Below are positions 26,205-36,013 of a DNA stretch of 64,000 nucleotides, in pieces. Origin of the DNA: Myxococcota bacterium (GTDB lineage Bacteria > Myxococcota_A > Polyangia > Nannocystales > Nannocystaceae); the NCBI GenBank assembly GCA_039028615.1, contig JBCCHT010000025.1, positions 143,948 to 207,947 on the forward strand. The letters run 5' to 3'. The notes beneath the pieces are model-generated. The model had not been told where the DNA came from. It saw only the letters and a list, made by a program, of their open reading frames with translations, and ran no database searches. The translations under genes and the position numbers were made by a program. Position 1 is the first letter of the stretch, and each line of letters starts with the position of its first letter.

Positions 26205-28382
26205 TCAGGGCTCGAGGACCTTGGTCTGCCCCTCCTGCCACCGCGTGAGATCCGACGCATAGAAGCGGGACCATCGCCGATCGGAGGGACCGCCTGCGAG
26301 CGCCGTGTGCAGAACCGTCTCACCCATGTCCGCGATGATCCGCAGCGAGGGAGCAAAGCTCGTGGCTCGATTGCCGCTGCGATAGACCTGCCCCTGATGC
26401 GGCGTAGCCCGCCCTCCTCGCAACGCAATGGGGCCTTTGTCGAAACCCAGCCAGCGCGGCAGCTTGCCGCCGAAGAGCATGTGATCGAGGGAGATCTGGT
26501 TGCGGTCACCCCAGCGTGCCTTCGGCTGATCGGCGACCGAGTCGAATGCGCTGCGGTACACCTCGTTCCGGCTGCGCTCCCCCAGCCACGGCGACGACTC
26601 GGCCAGCAGCACGCGATCGAAGTTCTGATAGAAATCGATGAACACCCCGGTGCCGTCCTGCAGATGTCGCAGGACTTGTTCCCCGAGGCCACCCCGGCCG
26701 AACACCTCGACATAGAGCTGGCGGTACCACGCCTCGAATAGCGGGGCGCCTGCGCTATCGGGGCCGTACTCGAGATCCCACCCGGCGAGCCGCTGCCCCG
26801 CCTCGGTCTCGGGCAACAGCGGCCGCAGGTGCTCCATGAACGCCTCGGCCTGGATCGACCACACGTCCATGTGAATGCGAGTGTGATCCGAGCGCGACAG
26901 CGGGGCCGAGGCCTCGATGAGGTCGGCGATGCGACGCGCACGATAGTCTCCCATCGGCATGTTGATCGGATCGGCGACGCCCAAGTCGTTGAGGTCCTGG
27001 TTGGCGGTGACGATGTAGCCCTGCGACGGGTTCATCACCCGCGGCAGCTGCTCGGGTGGCACGAAGCCCTGCCAGTCGTCCTCGTCGTTCCATCCCGGCC
27101 GCGGCACGAACCCGGAGACGCCCTCGCGACGCTGCGGCATGAGCCCAGACATCTGGTAGCCGATGTTGCCGTCGCCATCGGCGAGCACCCAGTTCCACGC
27201 CGTCTCGATGCGCCCCACGGCATCCATGCCGTCGGCCACCGTGGCCGCGGTCCACATGTGCGCGGCCGCATCGAGCGAGCGCGAACCACTGTCGGCGCTG
27301 GACCACCGCGTACACAACAAGTAGCCCGCCTGCGCCGGATCGCCGTCGACTACCCCGTGCTCATTGGAGTGCACCACCACCTCGACCGGATCCTTGCCCT
27401 TGCGCCGAATCGTCTCGGTCCGGGTCTCGAACTCGAGCCACTGGTCGCCGCGTCGGTACTTGCCGTCCTCGACCTGCTCGATCCAGCTGTCGACGGCATC
27501 CATGAAGGTATAGGTCGCGCCCCAGGCCAGGTTCCGGTTGCGCCCCACCAGCGGCGCGGGCAAGCCGGGCACGGTGGCGCACGCGACCTCGATGCGCGGT
27601 GGGCCCTCGATCACGAACGCCTGCTCGCACCAGACGTTGGGCAAGCGATTGGTCTCGAGGTGCGGGTCGTTGGCCATGACCGCGTGTCCCGAGGCGCTCC
27701 GCCGCGGCGCGACGACCCAGTTGTTGGAGGCCATCATTCGCGGCATGGGGCTGGCCCAGATCAGGGCCTCGGGCACCACTCTCTCGCCCAGCCGCACCTT
27801 CTCGAGCAGCTCCCGGCCGTAGCCCTCGGGGGCGTGCAGCTCGGGGATGTTGGGGAACAGCGAGCGCAAGCGTTCGTCGTCGACCCCCGCTTGCACCATC
27901 TCGACGAAGAGTCGCTCGACCTCGGCCTGCGACTGCGCCAAGGTCAGGTAACCCATCATGCGCGACAGCAACACGCAGTCCTCGATGCGCCAGGGCTCGT
28001 AACGCACTCCCAGAAGCCGCAGCTCCAGCGGCATGCGGCGCGAGAGTCGGGCATTGATGCCGTCGCAGTAGCGATCGCACCACGCTCGGGTCTCGGGTGC
28101 GAGAGCACGCACCTGGGCCTCCATCGCCCCCGACCAATTCATGCGGCGGAAAAAGCGATCGACCTCGAGCATCTCGTCGTCCGAGGACAACAGCTCCGAC
28201 GCCCGCCCTTGTCCGAGGATCCGCATCATCAGCATTTGCAGGCTGCGATCCATGGCATGGCCGTAGCCCATGCCCCAGTGGGCGCCTTCGAGCGAGTCGG
28301 CGTGTACGTGGGGCACGCCGTGTTCATCACGAGTCAGGGTCACCCCGGCGGGCGCAGGACAACGAATGGCAGTGCGAGACAT
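26205..28382 (-). CDS. Penicillin acylase family (S45 Ntn-hydrolase)
   Basis: RDEHGVPHV, ASNNW (Ser nucleophile), ANDPHL, TANQ; no signal peptide visible. Confidence 0.92.
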   Translation of the reverse strand: MSRTAIRCPAPAGVTLTRDEHGVPHVHADSLEGAHWGMGYGHAMDRSLQMLMMRILGQGRASELLSSDDEMLEVDRFFRRMNWSGAMEAQVRALAPETRAWCDRYCDGINARLSRRMPLELRLLGVRYEPWRIEDCVLLSRMMGYLTLAQSQAEVERLFVEMVQAGVDDERLRSLFPNIPELHAPEGYGRELLEKVRLGERVVPEALIWASPMPRMMASNNWVVAPRRSASGHAVMANDPHLETNRLPNVWCEQAFVIEGPPRIEVACATVPGLPAPLVGRNRNLAWGATYTFMDAVDSWIEQVEDGKYRRGDQWLEFETRTETIRRKGKDPVEVVVHSNEHGVVDGDPAQAGYLLCTRWSSADSGSRSLDAAAHMWTAATVADGMDAVGRIETAWNWVLADGDGNIGYQMSGLMPQRREGVSGFVPRPGWNDEDDWQGFVPPEQLPRVMNPSQGYIVTANQDLNDLGVADPINMPMGDYRARRIADLIEASAPLSRSDHTRIHMDVWSIQAEAFMEHLRPLLPETEAGQRLAGWDLEYGPDSAGAPLFEAWYRQLYVEVFGRGGLGEQVLRHLQDGTGVFIDFYQNFDRVLLAESSPWLGERSRNEVYRSAFDSVADQPKARWGDRNQISLDHMLFGGKLPRWLGFDKGPIALRGGRATPHQGQVYRSGNRATSFAPSLRIIADMGETVLHTALAGGPSDRRWSRFYASDLTRWQEGQTKVLEP

Positions 28383-28471
28383 CGAACGCTCTTTTGTAGC
28401 GCAGATTCGGCACGTCGGTCACGGCGTACGAACGGTTGCGCGCCCGCAGCAAATCGCCGACGCTGACATCC

Positions 28472-30736
28472 ATGAGCGAGTGGACTTCGACGGCATGCAT
28501 CTTGTGCGAGTGCAACTGTGGACTCGAGGTCCAGCTGGGCGGCGACGAAGGCCGCAACTTCGTGCGCCTGCGCGGCGACAAGGCCCACCCCTCGTCACGC
28601 GGCTATGCCTGCGAAAAGGCTCACCGACTCGACTACTACCAAAATGACCGCGAGCGCCTCACCCAGCCGCTGCGGCGGCGCATCGACGGCAGCTTCGAGC
28701 CCATCGACTGGGACACCGCGATCAAGGAGGTCGCCGAGCGCCTGGCCGCCGTCCGCGACGAGCACGGCGGCTCGTCGATCTTCTATTACGGCGGCGGCGG
28801 ACAAGGAAACCACCTGCCCGGCGCCTACGCCTCGGCCACCCGCCGCGCGCTCGACAGCCGCTACCGCTCCAACGCCCTCGCGCAGGAGAAGACGGGCGAG
28901 ATGTGGGTCGCCGATCGCATGCTGGGCGCCTACACCCGCGGCGACTTCGAGCACTGCGAGGTCGCCGTGTTCATCGGCAAGAACCCCTGGCACAGCCACT
29001 CGCTCGCCCGCGCCCGCGTGACCCTCAAGCAGATCGCCAAGGACCCCGCCCGCACGATGATCGTCATCGACCCGCGGCGCTCCGAGACCGCGGCGATGGC
29101 CGACATTCACCTCGCGGTCCGCCCCGGGTGCGACGCCTGGCTGCTCGCGGCCATGGTCGCCATCTTGGTGCAGGACAATCGCATCGATCGCGAGTTCCTC
29201 GACGCCCACGCCACCGGGCTCGACGGTGTACTGCCCGCGTTCACCGACCTCTCCGTCGCCGACTACTGCGAGCGAGCCGGCGTCGAGGAAGCCCTCGTGC
29301 GCAAGGCGGTCGACGTCATCGCCAAGGCCGGCAGCGTCGCCTCCTACGAGGACCTCGGCGTGCAGATGAACCGCCACTCCACCCTGGTGAGCTACCTGCA
29401 TCGCCTGGTGTGGCTGCTGACGGGCAACTTCGGCAAGCAGGGGACGCAGTACATGCCCACGCCCTTCGTCAGCCTCGCCGGGGGCTCCAACACCTCCAAG
29501 GGCGGTCGCGAGAAGCTCACTCCGGTCGCCAAGGCACGGGTCATCGCGGGCCTGGTGCCGTGCAACGTCATCGCCGAGGAGATCCTCACCGACCACCCCG
29601 ATCGCTATCGCGCCATGATCGTCGAGGCGGCCAACCCCGCCCACTCCCTGGCCGACAGCCCGCGCTTTCGCGAAGCCCTCCAGTCCCTCGACACGGTGGT
29701 GGTGATCGACGTCGCCATGACCGAGACGGCCAAGCTGGCCGACTACGTGCTGCCCTCGACCACGCAGTACGAGAAGGCGGAGGCCACCTTCTTCAACTTC
29801 GAGTTCCCGCAAAACTGCTTCCACCTGCGGCGCGCCATCCTGCCGCCGATCGAGGGGCCCCTGCCCGAAGCCGAGATCCACTCACGGCTGGTCGAAGCGC
29901 TGGGCGCCGTGACCGAAGACGACATCGCTCCGTTGCGTACCGCCGCGACCCAGGGCGGCCCCGCCTTCGCGCAGGCCTTCTTCACGCGGGTGCTGCCCAA
30001 CCGCAAGCTCTCCGGGGTGGCCCCCGTGCTGCTGTACCGCGCGCTCGGACCCACGCTCCCCGAAGGGCTGGCCGAAGGCGCGGTGGTCTGGGGCCTGGCC
30101 ATGCGCTACGCGATGGAATACGGCCCGTCCCTGGCTCGCGCCGGCTACGAAGGGCCGCCGCCCATCGCGGGGGCCAAGCTCTTCCAAGCGGTGCTCGAGT
30201 CCCCCTCCGGCGTGGTGTTCTCGGTCGACGATTGGGACCAGAGCTTCAAGCGCGTTCGGGGCGGGACCATCGATCTGAACATCCCCGAGCTGCTCGAAGA
30301 GCTCGGCAGCCTCGACGATGTGCCCACCACCTCCGACGAGTTCCCCTTCGTGCTCTCGGCCGGCGAGCGTCGATCGCTGACCGCCAACACCATCGTTCGA
30401 GATCCCCGCTGGCGGAACAAGGCGCTCGAAGAGGCGCTGCGCATGAGCCCCGCCGACGCCGAGTCCCTCGGCGTACAAACCGGCGACCGCGTCCGCGTGC
30501 ACACCAAGCGCGGCAGCACCGAGGTCGTCGTCGCCGTCTCGGAGATGATGCAGTCGGGCCACGTGTCGCTGCCCAACGGGCTCGGCCTGAGCTATCCCGA
30601 TGACGAAGGTCGGCAGGTCCTCACCGGCGTGCCCGCCAACGAGCTCACGTCCGCCGAAGACCGAGACCCGATCGCGGGCACGCCCTGGCACAAGCACGTG
30701 CCCGCGCGGATCGAGCTGTCGACCGCGAGTCATTGA
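28472..30736 (+). CDS. Molybdopterin (bis-MGD) oxidoreductase, DMSO reductase superfamily
   Basis: CILCECNC...YACEK Fe-S motif, VIDPRRSETA, TETAKLADYVLP, C-terminal MPT-binding domain. Confidence 0.92.
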   Translation: MSEWTSTACILCECNCGLEVQLGGDEGRNFVRLRGDKAHPSSRGYACEKAHRLDYYQNDRERLTQPLRRRIDGSFEPIDWDTAIKEVAERLAAVRDEHGGSSIFYYGGGGQGNHLPGAYASATRRALDSRYRSNALAQEKTGEMWVADRMLGAYTRGDFEHCEVAVFIGKNPWHSHSLARARVTLKQIAKDPARTMIVIDPRRSETAAMADIHLAVRPGCDAWLLAAMVAILVQDNRIDREFLDAHATGLDGVLPAFTDLSVADYCERAGVEEALVRKAVDVIAKAGSVASYEDLGVQMNRHSTLVSYLHRLVWLLTGNFGKQGTQYMPTPFVSLAGGSNTSKGGREKLTPVAKARVIAGLVPCNVIAEEILTDHPDRYRAMIVEAANPAHSLADSPRFREALQSLDTVVVIDVAMTETAKLADYVLPSTTQYEKAEATFFNFEFPQNCFHLRRAILPPIEGPLPEAEIHSRLVEALGAVTEDDIAPLRTAATQGGPAFAQAFFTRVLPNRKLSGVAPVLLYRALGPTLPEGLAEGAVVWGLAMRYAMEYGPSLARAGYEGPPPIAGAKLFQAVLESPSGVVFSVDDWDQSFKRVRGGTIDLNIPELLEELGSLDDVPTTSDEFPFVLSAGERRSLTANTIVRDPRWRNKALEEALRMSPADAESLGVQTGDRVRVHTKRGSTEVVVAVSEMMQSGHVSLPNGLGLSYPDDEGRQVLTGVPANELTSAEDRDPIAGTPWHKHVPARIELSTASH

Positions 30737-31023
30737 GTCCCACCTCGCAGCACCTCGACGTTCGGCGTTGCGAGTCGATCGGAAACGAACGGGACCCAAT
30801 GTGGCCTCATCAAGGACACATCGGTCGGTCGTGTGCGCAGCGTCTCTACGTGACGGCGTCGCCGCCAACTTCGGCGGGGCGCTGAGTCCATTGCGCCCGA
30901 TTTCATTCGATTTCAAACAGCGTTTTTCGGGCTCAGACTGCGGCACAATGGCCGGAAGTCGGCGTGAACCGTCGAGTCTCTCGACGATTTCATTGCCGGT
31001 GCCCCCAACGCCCCGACGAACAG

Positions 31024-31737
31024 ATGATCAGGACGATCGACGAAACTGCTCGAGCCCAGCTCTTGCTGGTCGAAGACACGCCCGAGCTCGCCCATGCCCT
31101 CCTTCGCCTGCTGAACCGCGCCGGCTTGTTGGTGGTGCACGCGGGCAACTTCACCGAGGCCCGCGCGGTGATCGACGATCCCGCCAGCCAATTCGACGCC
31201 GCCATCCTCGATCACCACCTGCCCGATGGGGACTCGCGCGCGCTGGTCTCTGCCCTCGCCCAGAAAGAGCCCGGCTGTAGCTCGCTGGTGCTCACGGGCG
31301 TCGGCGACCCCGGGCTCGCCAAGGACTATCGCGGGCGTGGGGCTTTCCGCTACGTCGCCAAGCCGGTGAAGGGCGCCCAGCTGTTGGCCCACGTGCACGC
31401 CACGATGCTCGACACCCATCGCTGGCGCGCGGCGGGCATGCCGACCACGTACGTGCCGTCGCCGCCCGCCGTCGTCGTCGACGTCGAGGCCGCCGCCGAT
31501 CGGCTGCGCTTTTTGGCCCGGCTTTCACCCACCGAACGCGAGGTCGCCTACTGGCTCTTGCAAGGGCTGCGCGACGCCCAGATCGCCCGACTGCTGGGGC
31601 GAGCCGAGCGCACCGCCAAGCGACACGTGGGGCAGGTGCTGTCGAAGGTCGGCGTGCAGAACCGATCGAGCCTGTGGGCGGTGCTCCGCAACGACGCCGA
31701 TCACCAGCCGCCCTCGGAAGTCACCACCGCGCTGTGA
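31024..31737 (+). CDS. Response regulator with LuxR-type HTH
   Basis: LLVED, ILDHHLPDG, LTG, YVAKP receiver motifs; LSPTEREVA...TAKRHV HTH. Confidence 0.88.
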   Translation: MIRTIDETARAQLLLVEDTPELAHALLRLLNRAGLLVVHAGNFTEARAVIDDPASQFDAAILDHHLPDGDSRALVSALAQKEPGCSSLVLTGVGDPGLAKDYRGRGAFRYVAKPVKGAQLLAHVHATMLDTHRWRAAGMPTTYVPSPPAVVVDVEAAADRLRFLARLSPTEREVAYWLLQGLRDAQIARLLGRAERTAKRHVGQVLSKVGVQNRSSLWAVLRNDADHQPPSEVTTAL

Positions 31738-31804
31738 ATGTGAAAGAGAACCCCTCGACCGAGGGGCTCTCAGCCATCGAGTACGTCGACATGCTCGATG
31801 CGAC

Positions 31805-32227
31805 ATGAAACTGCCGCGACTGTCTCCTCGCTTTGCGTCCATTGGTCTCGCTCGCGATACTCGCCGGTCGGCGGGGATCGGTCCGCAGACCTTCTGCAGC
31901 GTGAATCGCCTGACGGACATCGACGGGTGGGTGGGCGACGCGGCGCAGACCGGCTGCTACGACTCGGCCGCGTTCTCGACCCAGCAGAGCCGGTCCGCGA
32001 ACAACCGAACCACGGGCATGTACATCCTCTCGACCGCGTACGCGCGCGGGCTCGGCTATCACAAGGTGGGCATCATCGACGGTGGCGACGACACCAACGC
32101 GGTGTGCCACATCCCGACGCAGCACGGGATCCCGCGCGACGGCCAGAACCTGACGTGCAGCGGGAAGGTCTCCGGGACGTACTACTCGTACAACAACCTG
32201 TACTCCGAGCAGATCGACTTGAACTGA
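31805..32227 (+). CDS. Hypothetical protein, possibly the C-terminal remnant of a longer gene
   Basis: From about 31880 the codons are GC3-rich and the sequence is protein-like (Cys/Tyr/Asn-rich); the first 25 or so residues look non-coding. Confidence 0.4.
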   Translation: MKLPRLSPRFASIGLARDTRRSAGIGPQTFCSVNRLTDIDGWVGDAAQTGCYDSAAFSTQQSRSANNRTTGMYILSTAYARGLGYHKVGIIDGGDDTNAVCHIPTQHGIPRDGQNLTCSGKVSGTYYSYNNLYSEQIDLN

Positions 32228-32358
32228 CCCCAGTGGCGGCAGCGGCGGCGGAGTCATCGAGAGCCGTCCTGCCAGTGGCCGCCGCCCTCGAACGCGAATC
32301 TAACCGGCTAAAATCAATACACTTTTAGCCTCTGTAGAGTTTTGCCGGACAAAGTCCT

Positions 32359-32395
32359 GGTAGAACGCGTTCTACCGAAGTAGAACACGTTCTAC
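32359..32395. promoter_or_regulatory. Tandem palindromic operators matching the KstR-type consensus TnnAACnnGTTnnA
   Basis: GGTAGAACGCGTTCTACC (32359-32376, perfect 18-bp palindrome) and GTAGAACACGTTCTAC (32380-32395), ending 5 nt before the P450 ATG. Confidence 0.8.
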
Positions 32396-32400
32396 CTTAC

Positions 32401-33795
32401 ATGACTGCGTTGCCCCAGACCCCCGGTCGCCCCCTCGTGGGCCATCTGTTCGACGTCCTCAAGCGCGGCATGTATCCGCTGCTGCGCGAGCACTGGCTCG
32501 AGCACGGCGATGCCTTCTCGCTTCGCGTGGGGCCGAAGCAGCTGGCCGCGTTCATCCACCCCGACGCGGTCGAAGCCATCTACGTCACCCAGCGAGCCTC
32601 GTTCGTCAAAGGCGATGGCTACGACGCGATCCGGCTATTGGTCGGCGATGGCGTGCTGACGGTGGAAGGCGAGACGTGGAAGCAGCAGCGCCGCACGATC
32701 CAGCCGTGCATGAACCGCTCGTTCCTCAAGGGCTTCGCCACGCCGATGGTGCAGGCCGCGGTCGACATGCTCGACGACTGGTCCGATCGCGACGTCGAGA
32801 CGCTCGACATCTATCCCGAGATGCTCCACCTCGCCCTGCGCATCCTGGGCCAGACGCTCTTCAGCGTGGACCTGCGCAGCAGCGCCGACGTGTCGGCCGA
32901 GGCCTTCACCGTCGCCCTGGAAGAGCTCTCGCAGCGAGGCAATCAGCTGTTCGCGCCGCCGCTGTGGTGGCCGAGCCCCAGCAACATCCGGCTCCGCCGG
33001 GCCCTGCGTCAGCTCGACGAGATCGTCTATCAGATGATCGACAGCCGGGCTGCCTCTCGCGACGCGGGCGAGGAACAACCCGCCGACTTGATCTCGCTGT
33101 TGCTCGATCACCGCGACGACGATGGCCAACCGCTCGACCGACGCCTGGTGCACGACGAGATCATCACCATGTTCCTCGCGGGGCACGAGACGACCGGGCT
33201 GGCGCTGACCTGGACCTGGTACCTGCTGTCGCTGCACCCCGATGCCGAGGCGCAGCTGCACGAGGAAGTCGATCGAGTGTTGGGCGGCCGCCTGCCCACC
33301 ATCGACGACCTGCCGCAGCTCGAGTACACCAAGCGGATCTTGCAGGAGTCCATGCGCCTGCTGCCCCCCGTGTGGAGCGGGGGCCGAAGCGTCTCGGGCG
33401 AGGTCGAGCTGAGCGGCTACCCGCTGCACGACGGCCAGATGGCGATGGTCTGCCCCTTCCTGACGCATCGACACCCGGAGTTCTGGAGCCACCCCGAGGC
33501 CTTCGACCCGCGCCGCTTCGAGGCCGCCAACCTCCGTGGGCGTCACAAGTACGCCTACTTCCCGTTCAGCGCGGGGCCGCGCATGTGCGTGGGCAATCAC
33601 TTCACCATGATCGAAGCCCAGCTCGTCATGGCCGTGGTCGCGCAGCGCTACCGCTTCGATCTGCGGCCGGGGCACCTGGTCGAGCGCGATCACCAGATCA
33701 CCATGCGACCTCGTCACGGCATGCAGATGTTGCTGCGCCGCCGCGACCAGGCCGCGGCCGTGTTCGACCCCCAACCGCGGAGGGCATCGGCCTGA
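32401..33795 (+). CDS. Cytochrome P450
   Basis: AGHETT (I-helix), ESMR (ExxR), FDPRRF, FSAGPRMCVG (heme Cys). Confidence 0.96.
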   Translation: MTALPQTPGRPLVGHLFDVLKRGMYPLLREHWLEHGDAFSLRVGPKQLAAFIHPDAVEAIYVTQRASFVKGDGYDAIRLLVGDGVLTVEGETWKQQRRTIQPCMNRSFLKGFATPMVQAAVDMLDDWSDRDVETLDIYPEMLHLALRILGQTLFSVDLRSSADVSAEAFTVALEELSQRGNQLFAPPLWWPSPSNIRLRRALRQLDEIVYQMIDSRAASRDAGEEQPADLISLLLDHRDDDGQPLDRRLVHDEIITMFLAGHETTGLALTWTWYLLSLHPDAEAQLHEEVDRVLGGRLPTIDDLPQLEYTKRILQESMRLLPPVWSGGRSVSGEVELSGYPLHDGQMAMVCPFLTHRHPEFWSHPEAFDPRRFEAANLRGRHKYAYFPFSAGPRMCVGNHFTMIEAQLVMAVVAQRYRFDLRPGHLVERDHQITMRPRHGMQMLLRRRDQAAAVFDPQPRRASA

Positions 33796-33809
33796 TACCG
33801 TGTTCGCAC

Positions 33810-34424
33810 GTGCCCGCGCCCGCCGCCCCGGTCGAGCCCCTCGACATCGAAGAGCCCCGCACGCGGCGGATCGTCGAAGTCGCGCTCGAGCTGGCCGAGG
33901 AGGGGGGCTTTGCCGCCGTTCGCCTGCGCACCGTGGCCGAGCGGGCCGGGGTCGCGCTGCGCACCCTGTACAAGCGCTTCCCCAGCAAGGACGACCTGCT
34001 CTTTGCCGTGCTCGTGGGCGAGCTGGTGCGGCTCGAGCAGCTCCTCGACGAGCGACCGGTGACGGGCAAGACCGCGGTCATTCGCCTGCGCGGGCTCTTC
34101 GAGACCCTCACCGAGTTCCTCTGCGGCCGCCCCAAGCTCGGGCAGGCCATCTTCCGCACCCTCGGCGGCGGCGCGAGCACCCTGCCCCACAAGGTCGGGG
34201 CGTTTCACAACCGCGTCGACGCGCTCATCATCGGCGCGATTCGGGGTGACGACGAGCAAGCGCCCAGCGACCCCGCGCACCCGCACCAGCGCCTGGCCGC
34301 GATGCTCCAGCACGTGTGGTTTTCGAGCCTCGTCGGCTGGGCGGGCGGGGTGCACCCCCCGGAGATGATCGTCGAGGCGGTGATCGACGCCGCGGCGCTC
34401 GTGCTCGAGCGCCCCGACGCATAG
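33810..34424 (+). CDS. TetR-family regulator, KstR-like
   Basis: RRIVEVALELAEEGGFAAVRLRTVAERAGVALRTLYKRFPSKDDLL HTH; C-terminal HVWFSSLVGW; in-frame GTG at 33810. Confidence 0.85.
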   Translation: MPAPAAPVEPLDIEEPRTRRIVEVALELAEEGGFAAVRLRTVAERAGVALRTLYKRFPSKDDLLFAVLVGELVRLEQLLDERPVTGKTAVIRLRGLFETLTEFLCGRPKLGQAIFRTLGGGASTLPHKVGAFHNRVDALIIGAIRGDDEQAPSDPAHPHQRLAAMLQHVWFSSLVGWAGGVHPPEMIVEAVIDAAALVLERPDA

Positions 34425-34479
34425 CGAGATGCCCGGCTCCGCGCGCACGGAGCCAGGGATGGCGCTTCGAGGGTCGCCC

Positions 34480-35460
34480 CTACCAGCGCAGGACGGTGCC
34501 GCCCCAGGTGAAGCCGGTTCCGAACGCGGTCATCACCACCACCGAGCCGTCTTGGATGCGCCCCTCGGTGCGGGCTTCGTGCATCGCCACGGGAATCGTC
34601 GCCGCCGACATGTTCCCGTACTTGTGCACGACCATGTACATCTTGTCCTTGGACACCCCAGCCCGCTCGCGGGCGACTTCCATGATGCGGATGTTCGCCT
34701 GGTGCGGGATGAACAGGTCGACGTCGTCGGAGCCGATCTCGGCTTCCTTCATCGCCGTGGTCGCGGCCTTGGACATCGCGGTGACGGCGTGGCGGAACAC
34801 CGTGCTGCCTTCCATGTGCACGGTGTGGTCGAGGTTCTCCACCGTCTCGTGCGTGGCCGGCTTCCGAGTGCCGCCCGCCGGCTGGTAGAGGATCGGGGCC
34901 AGGTTGCCATCGGCGCCCCAGTTGGACGCCAGCACGCCGCTGTCGCCCTTGGTCGCCGCGATGACGGCCGCGCCCGCGCCATCCCCGAACAGGACGCAGG
35001 TGCTGCGGTCCTTCCAGTTGACCACCTTGCTCATCACCTCGCCGCCCACGACCCCGACACGCTGGGCGGTGCCGGAGTTCACCAGGGCAGCAGCGAGCTC
35101 GAGACCATAGAGGAAGCCCGAGCAGCCCGCGCTCACGTCGAAGGCGGCGGGGCCACTGAGACCGAGCTTGCCCTGCACCCAGCAGGCGGTGGAGGGGAAC
35201 AGCGTATCGGCGGTGGAGGTGCCGACGATGATGGCATCGAGGGCTTGGGGCTCGAGCCCCGCATCGGTGCAGGCGTTGCGGAGCGCCTCCGCGCACAGGT
35301 CCGACGTCGACACATCGTCGGCTGCAATGCGGCGCTCCTTGATGCCCGTGCGACCCGTGATCCACTCGTCGCTGGTGTCCACCATCTTCTCGAGATCCGA
35401 GTTGGTGAGCACTTTGGGCGGCAACGCCGTTCCGGTACCGACGATCTTGAGGTTCTTCAA
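34480..35460 (-). CDS. fabH: 3-oxoacyl-ACP synthase III
   Basis: DTSDEWI, DVSAGCSGF (Cys), PHQAN (His), YGNMS (Asn), LFGDGAGA; probable TTG start at 35460. Confidence 0.93.
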   Translation of the reverse strand: MKNLKIVGTGTALPPKVLTNSDLEKMVDTSDEWITGRTGIKERRIAADDVSTSDLCAEALRNACTDAGLEPQALDAIIVGTSTADTLFPSTACWVQGKLGLSGPAAFDVSAGCSGFLYGLELAAALVNSGTAQRVGVVGGEVMSKVVNWKDRSTCVLFGDGAGAAVIAATKGDSGVLASNWGADGNLAPILYQPAGGTRKPATHETVENLDHTVHMEGSTVFRHAVTAMSKAATTAMKEAEIGSDDVDLFIPHQANIRIMEVARERAGVSKDKMYMVVHKYGNMSAATIPVAMHEARTEGRIQDGSVVVMTAFGTGFTWGGTVLRW

Positions 35461-35632
35461 GCGAGCTGTGCGCCCATCACGCGACGGCGCTCCTTCGCCC
35501 GTGTATGCCGTACCGGCCAACGGCTGGTCAACCGGTCGAGCCGCGGCCTCCGGTCGATCTTCCCGAGATCACGAGGTTTGCAAACCAACGTGGGAACATT
35601 CACCCATTGCGAGGCGTCTGCAGCGAAGCGCC

Positions 35633-36013
35633 GTGCATGATTCCGCCGATCCACCGTCCCTGCGCGTGGCAAGGCCGCCCCTAGCGACCGCCTCTCGCAT
35701 CTCCGACAACGCTTTCCACGTACTGGGGCTCACCCCACGGGCGAACTGGCCGCGTGTGAAAGAAGTTGCCGAGTCACTCCTCGCCGCGCTGTACGCCGAA
35801 GATCCCGGCGTCGGTCATTACGACACGCCCTGGGGGCCGCGCGCGCGAACGACCCGAGCGGTGCACCGCGCCATGGCATCGCTGCAAGATCCCGACGAGC
35901 GAATCCATCACGAGATCTGGTGGGAGGCGCCCACACGTGGGGCATGGGACGACGGTGAGCCCGAGGTCGCATGGCCCAAGGCGCCGGCCGCATGGGGATG
36001 GGCATCCCGATGA
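35633..36013 (+). CDS. Small hypothetical protein with J-domain-like ends but no HPD
   Basis: DNAFHVLGL...AMASLQDPDER; ATGA overlap with the next gene; start uncertain. Confidence 0.55.
   Translation: MHDSADPPSLRVARPPLATASRISDNAFHVLGLTPRANWPRVKEVAESLLAALYAEDPGVGHYDTPWGPRARTTRAVHRAMASLQDPDERIHHEIWWEAPTRGAWDDGEPEVAWPKAPAAWGWASR

Noticed and set aside
32359..32395. Mini CRISPR array or terminator
   Set aside because: Only two units a few bases apart, no spacers, no cas genes and no U-tract; an operator fits better
32676..33809. Apparent long N-terminal extension or frameshift fusion of the TetR with the P450
   Set aside because: The P450 is complete in its own frame and stops at 33795; the extension is an open alternative frame
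32401..35460. P450 plus fabH as a biosynthetic cluster
   Set aside because: Convergent orientation, canonical FabH triad, and no ACP, PKS or NRPS nearby
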